From the NCBI GenBank assembly GCA_964057225.1, contig OZ059895.1:20274001-20338000 (forward strand): a stretch of DNA of 64,000 nt, read 5' to 3'. This DNA is from Auanema rhodensis (Eukaryota > Animalia > Nematoda). Positions 40,691-55,500 of the stretch are shown piece after piece (position 1 is the first letter of the stretch; every line of letters begins with the position of its first letter). The position numbers were made by a program, and so were the translations under genes. The notes beneath the pieces are model-generated. The model was not told where the DNA came from. It saw only the letters and a program-made list of their open reading frames with translations, and searched no databases.

Positions 40691-43600
40691 TTCAATGTAG
40701 AATAGTGCATTCGATGCGGATTTTTAAGCTGCGTCGGTCTGTGTTATCAGATTTGCGCTAGCTTAAAAATGCACCGAGATATCAACTGATATATGTTCAC
40801 ACTTACATCCTCGATTTTCACCCTGAAGAATTAATTTTTTCGTTGAATAACATTGTCCATCGTCTTTGCCTTGAAAGAAAGAATCTGAAAACATCTACTT
40901 TTTGCTAAATTATTTTGAAATTTTTCGAAAAAATTTTTGTCAAAATGTTTTTGGAAGCAATGTTGAGTGTACATGGAAACTCAACATAAACTAATGCATC
41001 ATTTTTCAAACGATCATAACTAATTTTTGTATTAAGCGTTTCTCAATGTAGTATAGTGCATTCGATGCGGATATTTAAGCTGCATCGATCTGTGTTATCA
41101 GATTTGCGCTAGCTTAAAAATGCACCGAGATATCAACTGATATAAGTTCACACTTATATCCTCGATTTTCACCCTGAAGAATTAATTTTTTCGTTGAATA
41201 ACAATGTCCATCGTCTTTGCCTTGAAAAAGGTATCTAAAAACATCTACTTTTTGCTGAATTATTTTGAAATTTTTCGAAAAAATTTTTGTCAAAATGTTT
41301 TTGGAAGCAATGTTGAGTGTACATGGAAACTCAACATACACTAATGCATCATTTTTCAAACGATCATAACTAATTTTTGTATTAAGCGTTTCTCAATGTC
41401 GAATAGTGCATTCGATGCGGATATTTAAGCTGCATCGATCTGTGTTATCAGATTTGCGCTAGCTTAAAAATGCACCGAGATATCAACTGATATAAGTTCA
41501 CACTTATAACCTCGATTTTCACCCTGAAGAATTAATTTTTTCGTTGAATAACAATGTCCATCGTCTTTGCCTTAAAAAAAGGTATCTAAAAACATCTACT
41601 TTTTGCTAAATTATTTTGAAATTTTTCGAAAAAATTTTTGTCAAAATGTTTTTGGAAGCAATGTTGAGTGTACATGGAAACTCAACATACACTAATGCAT
41701 CATTTTTCAAACGATCATAACTAATTTTTGTATTAAGCGTTTCTCAATGTAGTATAGTGCATTCGATGCGGATTTTTAAGCTGCGTCGATCTGTGTTATC
41801 AGATTTGCGCTAGCTTAAAAATGCACCGAGATATCAACTGATATAAGTTCACACTTATATCCTCGATTTTCACCCTGAAGAATTAATTTTTTCGTTGAAT
41901 AACAATGTCCATCGTCTTCGCCTTGAAAAAAGGAATCTAAAAACATCTACTTTTTGCTAAATTATTTTGAAATTTTTCGAAAAAATTTTTGTCAAAATGT
42001 TTTTGGAAGCAATGTTGAGTGTACATGGAAACTCAACATACACTAATGCATCATTTTTCAAACGATCATAACTAATTTTTGTATTGAGCGTTTCTCAATG
42101 TAGTATAGTGCATTCGATGCGGATTTTTAAGCTGCGTCGATCTGTGTTATCAGATTTGCGCTAGCTTAAAAATGCACCGAGATATCAACTGATATAAGTT
42201 CACACTTATATCCTCGATTTTCACCCTGAAGAATTAATTTTTTCGTTGAATAACAATGTCCATCGTCTTTGCCTTGAAAAAGGTATCTAAAAACATCTAC
42301 TTTTTGCTAAATTATTTTGAAATTTTTCGAAAAAATTTTTGTCAAAATGTTTTTGGAAGCAATGTTGAGTGTACATGGAAACTCAACATACACTAATGCA
42401 TCATTTTTCAAACGATCATAACTAATTTTTGTATTAAGCGTTTCTCAATGTCGAATAGTGCATTCGATGCGGATATTTAAGCTGCATCGATCTGTGTTAT
42501 CAGATTTGCGCTAGCTTAAAAATGCACCGAGATATCAACTGATATAAGTTCACACTTATATCCTCGATTTTCACCCTGAAGAATTAATTTTTTCGTTGAA
42601 TAACATCGTCCATCGTCTTTGCCTTAAAAAAAGGAATCTGAGAACATCTACTTTTTGCTAAATTATTTTGAAATTTTTCGAAAAAATTTTTGTCAAAATG
42701 TTTTTGGAAGCAATGTTGAGTGTACATGGAAACTCAACATACACTAATGCATCATTTTTCAAACGATCATAACTAATTTTTGTATTGAGCGTTTCTCAAT
42801 GTCGAATAGTGCATTCGATGCGGATATTTAAGCTGCATCGATCTGTGTTATCAGATTTGCGCTAGCTTAAAAATGCACCGAGATATCAACTGATATAAGT
42901 TCACACTTATATCCTCGATTTTCACCCTGAAGAATTAATTTTTTCGTTGAATAACAATGTCCATCGTCTTTGCCTTAAAAAAAGGTATCTAAAAACATCT
43001 ACTTTCTGCTAAATTATTTTGAAATTTTTCGAAAAAATTTTTGTCAAAATGTTTTTGGAAGCAATGTTGAGTGTACATGGAAACTCAACATACACTAATG
43101 CATCATTTTTCAAACGATCATAACTAATTTTTGTATTAAGCGTTTCTCAATGTAGTATAGTGCATTCGATGCGGATTTTTAAGCTGCGTCGATCTGTTTT
43201 ATCAGATTTGCGCTAGCTTAAAAATGCACCGAGATATCAACTGATATAAGTTCACACTTATATCCTCGATTTTCACCCTGAAGAATTAATTTTTTCGTTG
43301 AATAACAATGTCCATCGTCTTCGCCTTGAAAAAAGGAATCTAAAAACATCTACTTTTTACTAAATTATTTTGAAATTTTTCGAAAAAATTTTTGTCAAAA
43401 TGTTTTTGGAAGCAATGTTGAGTGTACATGGAAACTCAACATACACTAATGCATCATTTTTCAAACGATCATAACTAATTTTTGTATTGAGCGTTTCTCA
43501 ATGTAGAATAGTGCATTCGATGCGGATTTTTAAGCTGCGTCGGTCTGTGTTATCAGATTTGCGCTAGCTTAAAAATGCACCGAGATATCAACTGATATAT

Positions 43601-46306
43601 GTTCACACTTACATCCTCGATTTTCACCCTGAAGAATTAATTTTTTCGTTGAATAACATTGTCCATCGTCTTTGCCTTGAAAGAAAGAATCTGAAAACAT
43701 CTACTTTTTGCTAAATTATTTTGAAATTTTTCGAAAAAATTTTTGTCAAAATGTTTTTGGAAGCAATGTTGAGTGTACATGGAAACTCAACATACACTAA
43801 TGCATCATTTTTCAAACGATCATAACTAATTTTTGTATTAAGCGTTTCTCAATGTAGTATAGTGCATTCGATGCGGATATTTAAGCTGCATCGATCTGTG
43901 TTATCAGATTTGCGCTAGCTTAAAAATGCACCGAGATATCAACTGATATAAGTTCACACTTATATCCTCGATTTTCACCCTGAAGAATTAATTTTTTCGT
44001 TGAATAACAATGTCCATCGTCTTCGCCTTGAAAAAAGGAATCTAAAAACATCTACTTTTTACTAAATTATTTTGAAATTTTTCGAAAAAATTTTTGTCAA
44101 AATGTTTTTGGAAGCAATGTTGAGTGTACATGGAAACTCAACATACACTAATGCATCATTTTTCAAACGATCATAACTAATTTTTGTATTGAGCGTTTTT
44201 CAATGTAGAATAGTGCATTCGATGCGGATTTTTAAGCTGCGTCGGTCTGTGTTATCAGATTTGCGCTAGCTTAAAAATGCACCGAGATATCAACTGATAT
44301 ATGTTCACACTTACATCCTCGATTTTCACCCTGAAGAATTAATTTTTTCGTTGAATAACATTGTCCATCGTCTTTGCCTTGAAAGAAAGAATCTGAAAAC
44401 ATCTACTTTTTGCTGAATTATTTTGAAATTTTTCGAAAAAATTTTTGTCAAAATGTTTTTGGAAGCAATGTTGAGTGTACATGGAAACTCAACATACACT
44501 AATGCATCATTTTTCAAACGATCATAACTAATTTTTGTATTGAGCGTTTCTCAATGTAGTATAGTGCATTCGATGCGGATTTTTAAGCTGCGTCGATCTG
44601 TGTTATCAGATTTGCGCTAGCTTAAAAATGCACCGAGATATCAACTGATATAAGTTCACACTTATATCCTCGATTTTCACCCTGAAGAATTAATTTTTTC
44701 GTTGAATAACATTGTCCATCGTCTTTGCCTTGAAAAAAGAAATCTAAAAACATCTACTTTTTGCTAAATTATTTTGAAATTTTTCGAAAAAATTTTTGTC
44801 AAAATGTTTTTGGAAGCAATGTTGAGTGTACATGGAAACTCAACATACACTAATGCATCATTTTTCAAACGATCATAACTAATTTTTGTATTGAGCGTTT
44901 CTCAATGTAGTATAGTGCATTCGATGCGGATTTTTAAGCTGCGTCGATCTGTGTTATCAGATTTGCGCTAGCTTAAAAATGCACCGAGATATCAACTGAT
45001 ATAAGTTCACACTTATATCCTCGATTTTCACCCTGAAGAATTAATTTTTTCGTTGAATAACATTGTCCATCGTCTTTGCCTTGAAAAAAAAAATCTGAAA
45101 ACATCTACTTTTTGCTAAATTATTTTGAAATTTTTCGAAAAAATTTTTGTCAAAATGTTTTTGGAAGCAATGTTGAGTGTACATGGAAACTCAACATACA
45201 CTAATGCATCATTTTTCAAACGATCATAACTAATTTTTGTATTAAGCGTTTCTCAATGTAGTATAGTGCATTCGATGCGGATTTTTAAGCTGCATCGATC
45301 TGTGTTATCAGATTTGCGCTAGCTTAAAAATGCACCGAGATATCAACTGATATAAGTTCACACTTATATCCTCGATTTTCACCCTGAAGAATTAATTTTT
45401 TCGTTGAATAACAATGTCCATCGTCTTTGCCTTAAAAAAGGTATCTAAAAACATCTACTTTTTGCTAAATTATTTTGAAATTTTTCGAAAAAATTTTTGT
45501 CAAAATGTTTTTGGAAGCAATGTTGAGTGTACATGGAAACTCAACATACACTAATGCATCATTTTTCAAACGATCATAACTAATTTTTGTATTAAGCGTT
45601 TCTCAATGTCGAATAGTGCATTCGATGCGGATATTTAAGCTGCATCGATCTGTGTTATCAGATTTGCGCTAGCTTAAAAATGCACCGAGATATCAACTGA
45701 TATAAGTTCACACTTATATCCTCGATTTTCACCCTGAAGAATTAATTTTTTCGTTGAATAACATCGTCCATCGTCTTTGCCTTAAAAAAAGGAATCTGAG
45801 AACATCTACTTTTTGCTAAATTATTTTGAAATTTTTCGAAAAAATTTTTGTCAAAATGTTTTTGGAAGCAATGTTGAGTGTACATGGAAACTCAACATAC
45901 ACTAATGCATCATTTTTCAAACGATCATAACTAATTTTTGTATTGAGCGTTTCTCAATGTCGAATAGTGCATTCGATGCGGATATTTAAGCTGCATCGAT
46001 CTGTGTTATCAGATTTGCGCTAGCTTAAAAATGCACCGAGATATCAATTGATATAAGTTCACACTTATATCCTCGATTTTCACCCTGAAGAATTAATTTT
46101 TTCGTTGAATAACAATGTCCATCGTCTTTGCCTTAAAAAAAGGTATCTAAAAACATCTACTTTCTGCTAAATTATTTTGAAATTTTTCGAAAAAATTTTT
46201 GTCAAAATGTTTTTGGAAGCAATGTTGAGTGTACATGGAAACTCAACATACACTAATGCATCATTTTTCAAACGATCATAACTAATTTTTGTATTAAGCG
46301 TTTTTC

Positions 46307-46326
46307 AATGTAGTATAATGTAGTAT
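46307..46326. repeat. 10-bp tandem duplication (AATGTAGTAT)x2 in a 361-bp monomer
   Basis: Read directly from the sequence. Confidence 0.97.
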
Positions 46327-48070
46327 AGTGCATTCGATGCGGATTTTTAAGCTGCGTCGATCTGTTTTATCAGATTTGCGCTAGCTTAAAAATGCACCGA
46401 GATATCAACTGATATAAGTTCACACTTATATCCTCGATTTTCACCCTGAAGAATTAATTTTTTCGTTGAATAACAATGTCCATCGTCTTCGCCTTGAAAA
46501 AAGGAATCTAAAAACATCTACTTTTTACTAAATTATTTTGAAATTTTTCGAAAAAATTTTTGTCAAAATGTTTTTGGAAGCAATGTTGAGTGTACATGGA
46601 AACTCAACATACACTAATGCATCATTTTTCAAACGATCATAACTAATTTTTGTATTAAGCGTTTCTCAATGTAGTATAGTGCATTCGATGCGAATTTTTA
46701 AGCTGCGTCGATCTGTGTTATCAGATTTGCGCTAGCTTAAAAATGCACCGAGATATCAACTGATATAAGTTCACACTTATATCCTCGATTTTCACCCTGA
46801 AGAATTAATTTTTTCGTTGAATAACATTGTCCATCGTCTTTGCCTTGAAAAAAGGAATCTGAAAACATCTACTTTTTACTAAATTATTTTGAAATTTTTC
46901 GAAAAAATTTTTGTCAAAATGTTTTTGGAAGCAATGTTGAGTGTACATGGAAACTCAACATACACTAATGCATCATTTTTCAAACGATCATAACTAATTT
47001 TTGTATTAAGCGTTTCTCAATGTAGTATAGTGCATTCGATGCGGATTTTTAAGCTGCATCGATCTGTGTTATCAGATTTGCGCTAGCTTAAAAATGCACC
47101 GAGATATCAACTGATATAAGTTCACACTTATATCCTCGATTTTCACCCTGAAGAATTAATTTTTTCGTTGAATAACAATGTCCATCGTCTTTGCCTTAAA
47201 AAAGGTATCTAAAAACATCTACTTTTTGCTAAATTATTTTGAAATTTTTCGAAAAAATTTTTGTCAAAATGTTTTTGGAAGCAATGTTGAGTGTACATGG
47301 AAACTCAACATACACTAATGCATCATTTTTCAAACGATCATAACTAATTTTTGTATTAAGCGTTTCTCAATGTCGAATAGTGCATTCGATGCGGATATTT
47401 AAGCTGCATCGATCTGTGTTATCAGATTTGCGCTAGCTTAAAAATGCACCGAGATATCAACTGATATAAGTTCACACTTATATCCTCGATTTTCACCCTG
47501 AAGAATTAATTTTTTTGTTGAATAACATCGTCCATCGTCTTTGCCTTAAAAAAAGGAATCTGAGAACATCTACTTTTTGCTAAATTATTTTGAAATTTTT
47601 CGAAAAAATTTTTGTCAAAATGTTTTTGGAAGCAATGTTGAGTGTACATGGAAACTCAACATACACTAATGCATCATTTTTCAAACGATCATAACTAATT
47701 TTTGTATTGAGCGTTTCTCAATGTCGAATAGTGCATTCGATGCGGATATTTAAGCTGCATCGATCTGTGTTATCAGATTTGCGCTAGCTTAAAAATGCAC
47801 CGAGATATCAACTGATATAAGTTCACACTTATATCCTCGATTTTCACCCTGAAGAATTAATTTTTTCGTTGAATAACAATGTCCATCGTCTTTGCCTTAA
47901 AAAAAGGTATCTAAAAACATCTACTTTCTGCTAAATTATTTTGAAATTTTTCGAAAAAATTTTTGTCAAAATGTTTTTGGAAGCAATGTTGAGTGTACAT
48001 GGAAACTCAACATACACTAATGCATCATTTTTCAAACGATCATAACTAATTTTTGTATTAAGCGTTTCTC

Positions 48071-48090
48071 AATGTAGTATAATGTAGTAT
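48071..48090. repeat. Second copy of the 10-bp duplication (AATGTAGTAT)x2
   Basis: Read directly, 1764 bp (5 monomers) after the first copy. Confidence 0.97.
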
Positions 48091-51000
48091 AGTGCATTCG
48101 ATGCGGATTTTTAAGCTGCGTCGATCTGTTTTATCAGATTTGCGCTAGCTTAAAAATGCACCGAGATATCAACTGATATAAGTTCACACTTATATCCTCG
48201 ATTTTCACCCTGAAGAATTAATTTTTTCGTTGAATAACAATGTCCATCGTCTTCGCCTTGAAAAAAGGAATCTAAAAACATCTACTTTTTACTAAATTAT
48301 TTTGAAATTTTTCGAAAAAATTTTTGTCAAAATGTTTTTGGAAGCAATGTTGAGTGTACATGGAAACTCAACATACACTAATGCATCATTTTTCAAACCA
48401 TCATAACTAATTTTTGTATTGAGCGTTTCTCAATGTAGAATAGTGCATTCGATGCGGATTTTTAAGCTGCGTCGGTCTGTGTTATCAGATTTGCGCTAGC
48501 TTAAAAATGCACCGAGATATCAACTGATATATGTTCACACTTACATCCTCGATTTTCACCCTGAAGAATTAATTTTTTCGTTGAATAACATTGTCCATCG
48601 TCTTTGCCTTGAAAGAAAGAATCTGAAAACATCTACTTTTTGCTAAATTATTTTGAAATTTTTCGAAAAAATTTTTGTCAAAATGTTTTTGGAAGCAATG
48701 TTGAGTGTACATGGAAACTCAACATACACTAATGCATCATTTTTCAAACGATCATAACTAATTTTTGTATTGAGCGTTTCTCAATGTAGTATAGTGCATC
48801 CGATGCGGATTTTTAAGCTGCGTCGATCTGTGTTATCAGATTTGTGCTAGCTTAAAAATGCACCGAGATATCAACTGATATAAGTTCACACTTATATCCT
48901 CGATTTTCACCCTGAAGAATTAATTTTTTCGTTGAATAACATTGTCCATCGTCTTTGCCTTGAAAAAAGAAATCTAAAAACATCTACTTTTTGCTAAATT
49001 ATTTTGAAATTTTTCGAAAAAATTTTTGTCAAAATGTTTTTGGAAGCAATGTTGAGTGTACATGGAAACTCAACATACACTAATGCATCATTTTTCAAAC
49101 GATCATAACTAATTTTTGTATTAAGCGTTTCTCAATGTAGTATAGTGCATTCGATGCGGATTTTTAAGCTGCGTCGATCTGTTTTATCAGATTTGCGCTA
49201 GCTTAAAAATGCACCGAGATATCAACTGATATAAGTTCACACTTATATCCTCGATTTTCACCCTGAAGAATTAATTTTTTCGTTGAATAACAATGTCCAT
49301 CGTCTTCGCCTTGAAAAAAGGAATCTAAAAACATCTACTTTTTACTAAATTATTTTGAAATTTTTCGAAAAAATTTTTGTCAAAATGTTTTTGGAAGCAA
49401 TGTTGAGTGTACATGGAAACTCAACATACACTAATGCATCATTTTTCAAACGATCATAACTAATTTTTGTATTGAGCGTTTTTCAATGTAGAATAGTGCA
49501 TTCGATGCGGATTTTTAAGCTGCGTCGGTCTGTGTTATCAGATTTGCGCTAGCTTAAAAATGCACCGAGATATAAACTGATATAAGTTCACACTTATATC
49601 CTCGATTTTCACCCTGAAGAATTAATTTTTTCGTTGAATAACATTGTCCATCGTCTTTGCCTTGAAAAAAGAAATCTAAAAACATCTACTTTTTGCTAAA
49701 TTATTTTGAAATTTTTCGAAAAAATTTTTGTCAAAATGTTTTTGGAAGCAATGTTGAGTGTACATGGAAACGCAACATACACTAATGCATCATTTTTCAA
49801 ACGATCATAACTAATTTTTGTATTAAGCGTTTCTCAATGTAGTATAGTGCATTCGATGCGGATTTTTAAGCTGCGTCGATCTGTTTTATCAGATTTGCGC
49901 TAGCTTAAAAATGCACCGAGATATCAACTGATATAAGTTCACACTTATATCCTCGATTTTCACCCTGAAGAATTAATTTTTTCGTTGAATAACAATGTCC
50001 ATCGTCTTCGCCTTGAAAAAAGGAATCTAAAAACATCTACTTTTTACTAAATTATTTTGAAATTTTTCGAAAAAATTTTTGTCAAAATGTTTTTGGAAGC
50101 AATGTTGAGTGTACATGGAAACTCAACATACACTAATGCATCATTTTTCAAACGATCATAACTAATTTTTGTATTGAGCGTTTTTCAATGTAGAATAGTG
50201 CATTCGATGCGGATTTTTAAGCTGCGTCGGTCTGTGTTATCAGATTTGCGCTAGCTTAAAAATGCACCGAGATATCAACTGATATATGTTCACACTTACA
50301 TCCTCGATTTTCACCCTGAAGAATTAATTTTTTCGTTGAATAACATTGTCCATCGTCTTTGCCTTGAAAGAAAGAATCTGAAAACATCTACTTTTTGCTA
50401 AATTATTTTGAAATTTTCCGAAAAAATTTTTGTCAAAATGTTTTTGGAAGCAATGTTGAGTGTACATGGAAACTCAACATACACTAATGCATCATTTTTC
50501 AAACGATCATAACTAATTTTTGTATTGAGCGTTTCTCAATGTAGTATAGTGCATTCGATGCGGATTTTTAAGCTGCGTCGATCTGTGTTATCAGATTTGC
50601 GCTAGCTTAAAAATGCACCGAGATATCAACTGATATAAGTTCACACTTATATCCTCGATTTTCACCCTGAAGAATTAATTTTTTCGTTGAATAACATTGT
50701 CCATCGTCTTTGCCTTGAAAAAAGGAATCTAAAAACATCTACTTTTTACTAAATTATTTTGAAATTTTTCGAAAAAATTTTTGTCAAAATGTTTTTGGAA
50801 GCAATGTTGAGTGTACATGGAAACTCAACATACACTAATGCATCATTTTTCAAACGATCATAACTAATTTTTGTATTGAGCGTTTTTCAATGTAGAATAG
50901 TGCATTCGATGCGGATTTTTAAGCTGCGTCGGTCTGTGTTATCAGATTTGCGCTAGCTTAAAAATGCACCGAGATATCAACTGATATATGTTCACACTTA

Positions 51001-52503
51001 CATCCTCGATTTTCACCCTGAAGAATTAATTTTTTCGTTGAATAACATTGTCCATCGTCTTTGCCTTGAAAGAAAGAATCTGAAAACATCTACTTTTTGC
51101 TAAATTATTTTGAAATTTTCCGAAAAAATTTTTGTCAAAATGTTTTTGGAAGCAATGTTGAGTGTACATGGAAACTCAACATACACTAATGCATCATTTT
51201 TCAAACGATCATAACTAATTTTTGTATTGAGCGTTTCTCAATGTAGTATAGTGCATTCGATGCGGATTTTTAAGCTGCGTCGATCTGTGTTATCAGATTT
51301 GCGCTAGCTTAAAAATGCACCGAGATATCAACTGATATAAGTTCACACTTATATCCTCGATTTTCACCCTGAAGAATTAATTTTTTCGTTGAATAACATT
51401 GTCCATCGTCTTTGCCTTGAAAAAAGGAATCTAAAAACATCTACTTTTTACTAAATTATTTTGAAATTTTTCGAAAAAATTTTTGTCAAAATGTTTTTGG
51501 AAGCAATGTTGAGTGTACATGGAAACTCAACATACACTAATGCATCATTTTTCAAACCATCATAACTAATTTTTGTATTGAGCGTTTCTCAATGTAGAAT
51601 AGTGCATTCGATGCGGATTTTTAAGCTGCGTCGGTCTGTGTTATCAGATTTGCGCTAGCTTAAAAATGCACCGAGATATCAACTGATATATGTTCACACT
51701 TACATCCTCGATTTTCACCCTGAAGAATTAATTTTTTCGTTGAATAACATTGTCCATCGTCTTTGCCTTGAAAGAAAGAATCTGAAAACATCTACTTTTT
51801 GCTAAATTATTTTGAAATTTTTCGAAAAAATTTTTGTCAAAATGTTTTTGGAAGCAATGTTGAGTGTACATGGAAACTCAACATACACTAATGCATCATT
51901 TTTCAAACGATCATAACTAATTTTTGTATTGAGCGTTTCTCAATGTAGTATAGTGCATTCGATGCGGATTTTTAAGCTGCGTCGATCTGTGTTATCAGAT
52001 TTGCGCTAGCTTAAAAATGCACCGAGATATCAACTGATATAAGTTCACACTTATATCCTCGATTTTCACCCTGAAGAATTAATTTTTTCGTTGAATAACA
52101 TTGTCCATCGTCTTTGCCTTGAAAAAAGAAATCTAAAAACATCTACTTTTTGCTAAATTATTTTGAAATTTTTCGAAAAAATTTTTGTCAAAATGTTTTT
52201 GGAAGCAATGTTGAGTGTACATGGAAACTCAACATACACTAATGCATCATTTTTCAAACGATCATAACTAATTTTTGTATTAAGCGTTTCTCAATGTAGT
52301 ATAGTGCATTCGATGCGGATTTTTAAGCTGCGTCGATCTGTTTTATCAGATTTGCGCTAGCTTAAAAATGCACCGAGATATCAACTGATATAAGTTCACA
52401 CTTATATCCTCGATTTTCACCCTGAAGAATTAATTTTTTCGTTGAATAACAATGTCCATCGTCTTCGCCTTGAAAAAAGGAATCTAAAAACATCTACTTT
52501 TTA

Positions 52504-55500
52504 CTAAATTATTTTGAAATTTTTCGAAAAAATTTTTGTCAAAATGTTTTTGGAAGCAATGTTGAGTGTACATGGAAACTCAACATACACTAATGCATCA
52601 TTTTTCAAACGATCATAACTAATTTTTGTATTGAGCGTTTTTCAATGTAGAATAGTGCATTCGATGCGGATTTTTAAGCTGCGTCGGTCTGTGTTATCAG
52701 ATTTGCGCTAGCTTAAAAATGCACCGAGATATAAACTGATATAAGTTCACACTTATATCCTCGATTTTCACCCTGAAGAATTAATTTTTTCGTTGAATAA
52801 CATTGTCCATCGTCTTTGCCTTGAAAAAAGAAATCTAAAAACATCTACTTTTTGCTAAATTATTTTGAAATTTTTCGAAAAAATTTTTGTCAAAATGTTT
52901 TTGGAAGCAATGTTGAGTGTACATGGAAACGCAACATACACTAATGCATCATTTTTCAAACGATCATAACTAATTTTTGTATTAAGCGTTTCTCAATGTA
53001 GTATAGTGCATTCGATGCGGATTTTTAAGCTGCGTCGATCTGTTTTATCAGATTTGCGCTAGCTTAAAAATGCACCGAGATATCAACTGATATAAGTTCA
53101 CACTTATATCCTCGATTTTCACCCTGAAGAATTAATTTTTTCGTTGAATAACAATGTCCATCGTCTTCGCCTTGAAAAAAGGAATCTAAAAACATCTACT
53201 TTTTACTAAATTATTTTGAAATTTTTCGAAAAAATTTTTGTCAAAATGTTTTTGGAAGCAATGTTGAGTGTACATGGAAACTCAACATACACTAATGCAT
53301 CATTTTTCAAACGATCATAACTAATTTTTGTATTGAGCGTTTTTCAATGTAGAATAGTGCATTCGATGCGGATTTTTAAGCTGCGTCGGTCTGTGTTATC
53401 AGATTTGCGCTAGCTTAAAAATGCACCGAGATATCAACTGATATATGTTCACACTTACATCCTCGATTTTCACCCTGAAGAATTAATTTTTTCGTTGAAT
53501 AACATTGTCCATCGTCTTTGCCTTGAAAGAAAGAATCTGAAAACATCTACTTTTTGCTAAATTATTTTGAAATTTTCCGAAAAAATTTTTGTCAAAATGT
53601 TTTTGGAAGCAATGTTGAGTGTACATGGAAACTCAACATACACTAATGCATCATTTTTCAAACGATCATAACTAATTTTTGTATTGAGCGTTTCTCAATG
53701 TAGTATAGTGCATTCGATGCGGATTTTTAAGCTGCGTCGATCTGTGTTATCAGATTTGCGCTAGCTTAAAAATGCACCGAGATATCAACTGATATAAGTT
53801 CACACTTATATCCTCGATTTTCACCCTGAAGAATTAATTTTTTCGTTGAATAACATTGTCCATCGTCTTTGCCTTGAAAAAAGGAATCTGAAAACATCTA
53901 CTTTTTGCTAAATTATTTTGAAATTTTTCGAAAAAATTTTTGTCAAAATGTTTTTGGAAGCAATGTTGAGTGTACATGGAAACTCAACATACACTAATGC
54001 ATCATTTTTCAAACGATCATAACTAATTTTTGTATTAAGCGTTTCTCAATGTAGTATAGTGCATTCGATGCGGATTTTTAAGCTGCGTCGATCTGTGTTA
54101 TCAGATTTGCGCTAGCTTAAAAATGCACCGAGATATCAACTGATATAAGTTAACACTTATATCCTCGATTTTCACCCTGAAGAATTAATTTTTTCGTTGA
54201 ATAACATTGTCCATCGTCTTTGCCTTGAAAAAAGAAATCTAAAAACATCTACTTTTTGCTAAATTATTTTGAAATTTTTCGAAAAAATTTTTGTCAAAAT
54301 GTTTTTGGAAGCAATGTTGAGTGTACATGGAAACTCAACATACACTAATGCATCATTTTTCAAACGATCATAACTAATTTTTGTATTAAGCGTTTCTCAA
54401 TGTAGTATAGTGCATTCGATGCGGATTTTTAAGCTGCGTCGATCTGTTTTATCAGATTTGCGCTAGCTTAAAAATGCACCGAGATATCAACTGATATAAG
54501 TTCACACTTATATCCTCGATTTTCACCCTGAAGAATTAATTTTTTCGTTGAATAACAATGTCCATCGTCTTCGCCTTGAAAAAAGGAATCTAAAAACATC
54601 TACTTTTTACTAAATTATTTTGAAATTTTTCGAAAAAATTTTTGTCAAAATGTTTTTGGAAGCAATGTTGAGTGTACATGGAAACTCAACATACACTAAT
54701 GCATCATTTTTCAAACGATCATAACTAATTTTTGTATTGAGCGTTTTTCAATGTAGAATAGTGCATTCGATGCGGATTTTTAAGCTGCGTCGGTCTGTGT
54801 TATCAGATTTGCGCTAGCTTAAAAATGCACCGAGATATAAACTGATATAAGTTCACACTTATATCCTCGATTTTCACCCTGAAGAATTAATTTTTTCGTT
54901 GAATAACATTGTCCATCGTCTTTGCCTTGAAAAAAGAAATCTAAAAACATCTACTTTTTGCTAAATTATTTTGAAATTTTTCGAAAAAATTTTTGTCAAA
55001 ATGTTTTTGGAAGCAATGTTGAGTGTACATGGAAACTCAACATACACTAATGCATCATTTTTCAAACGATCATAACTAATTTTTGTATTAAGCGTTTCTC
55101 AATGTAGTATAGTGCATTCGATGCGGATTTTTAAGCTGCGTCGATCTGTTTTATCAGATTTGCGCTAGCTTAAAAATGCACCGAGATATCAACTGATATA
55201 AGTTCACACTTATATCCTCGATTTTCACCCTGAAGAATTAATTTTTTCGTTGAATAACAATGTCCATCGTCTTCGCCTTGAAAAAAGGAATCTAAAAACA
55301 TCTACTTTTTACTAAATTATTTTGAAATTTTTCGAAAAAATTTTTGTCAAAATGTTTTTGGAAGCAATGTTGAGTGTACATGGAAACTCAACATACACTA
55401 ATGCATCATTTTTCAAACGATCATAACTAATTTTTGTATTGAGCGTTTTTCAATGTAGAATAGTGCATTCGATGCGGATTTTTAAGCTGCGTCGGTCTGT

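Noticed and set aside
34851-44517. Three minus-strand ORFs beginning MKNDALVYVEFPC (34851-35042, 41114-41359, 44326-44517)
   Set aside because: All three are the same satellite frame, extended by sporadic loss of one stop codon. They use a TTG start and are chance products.
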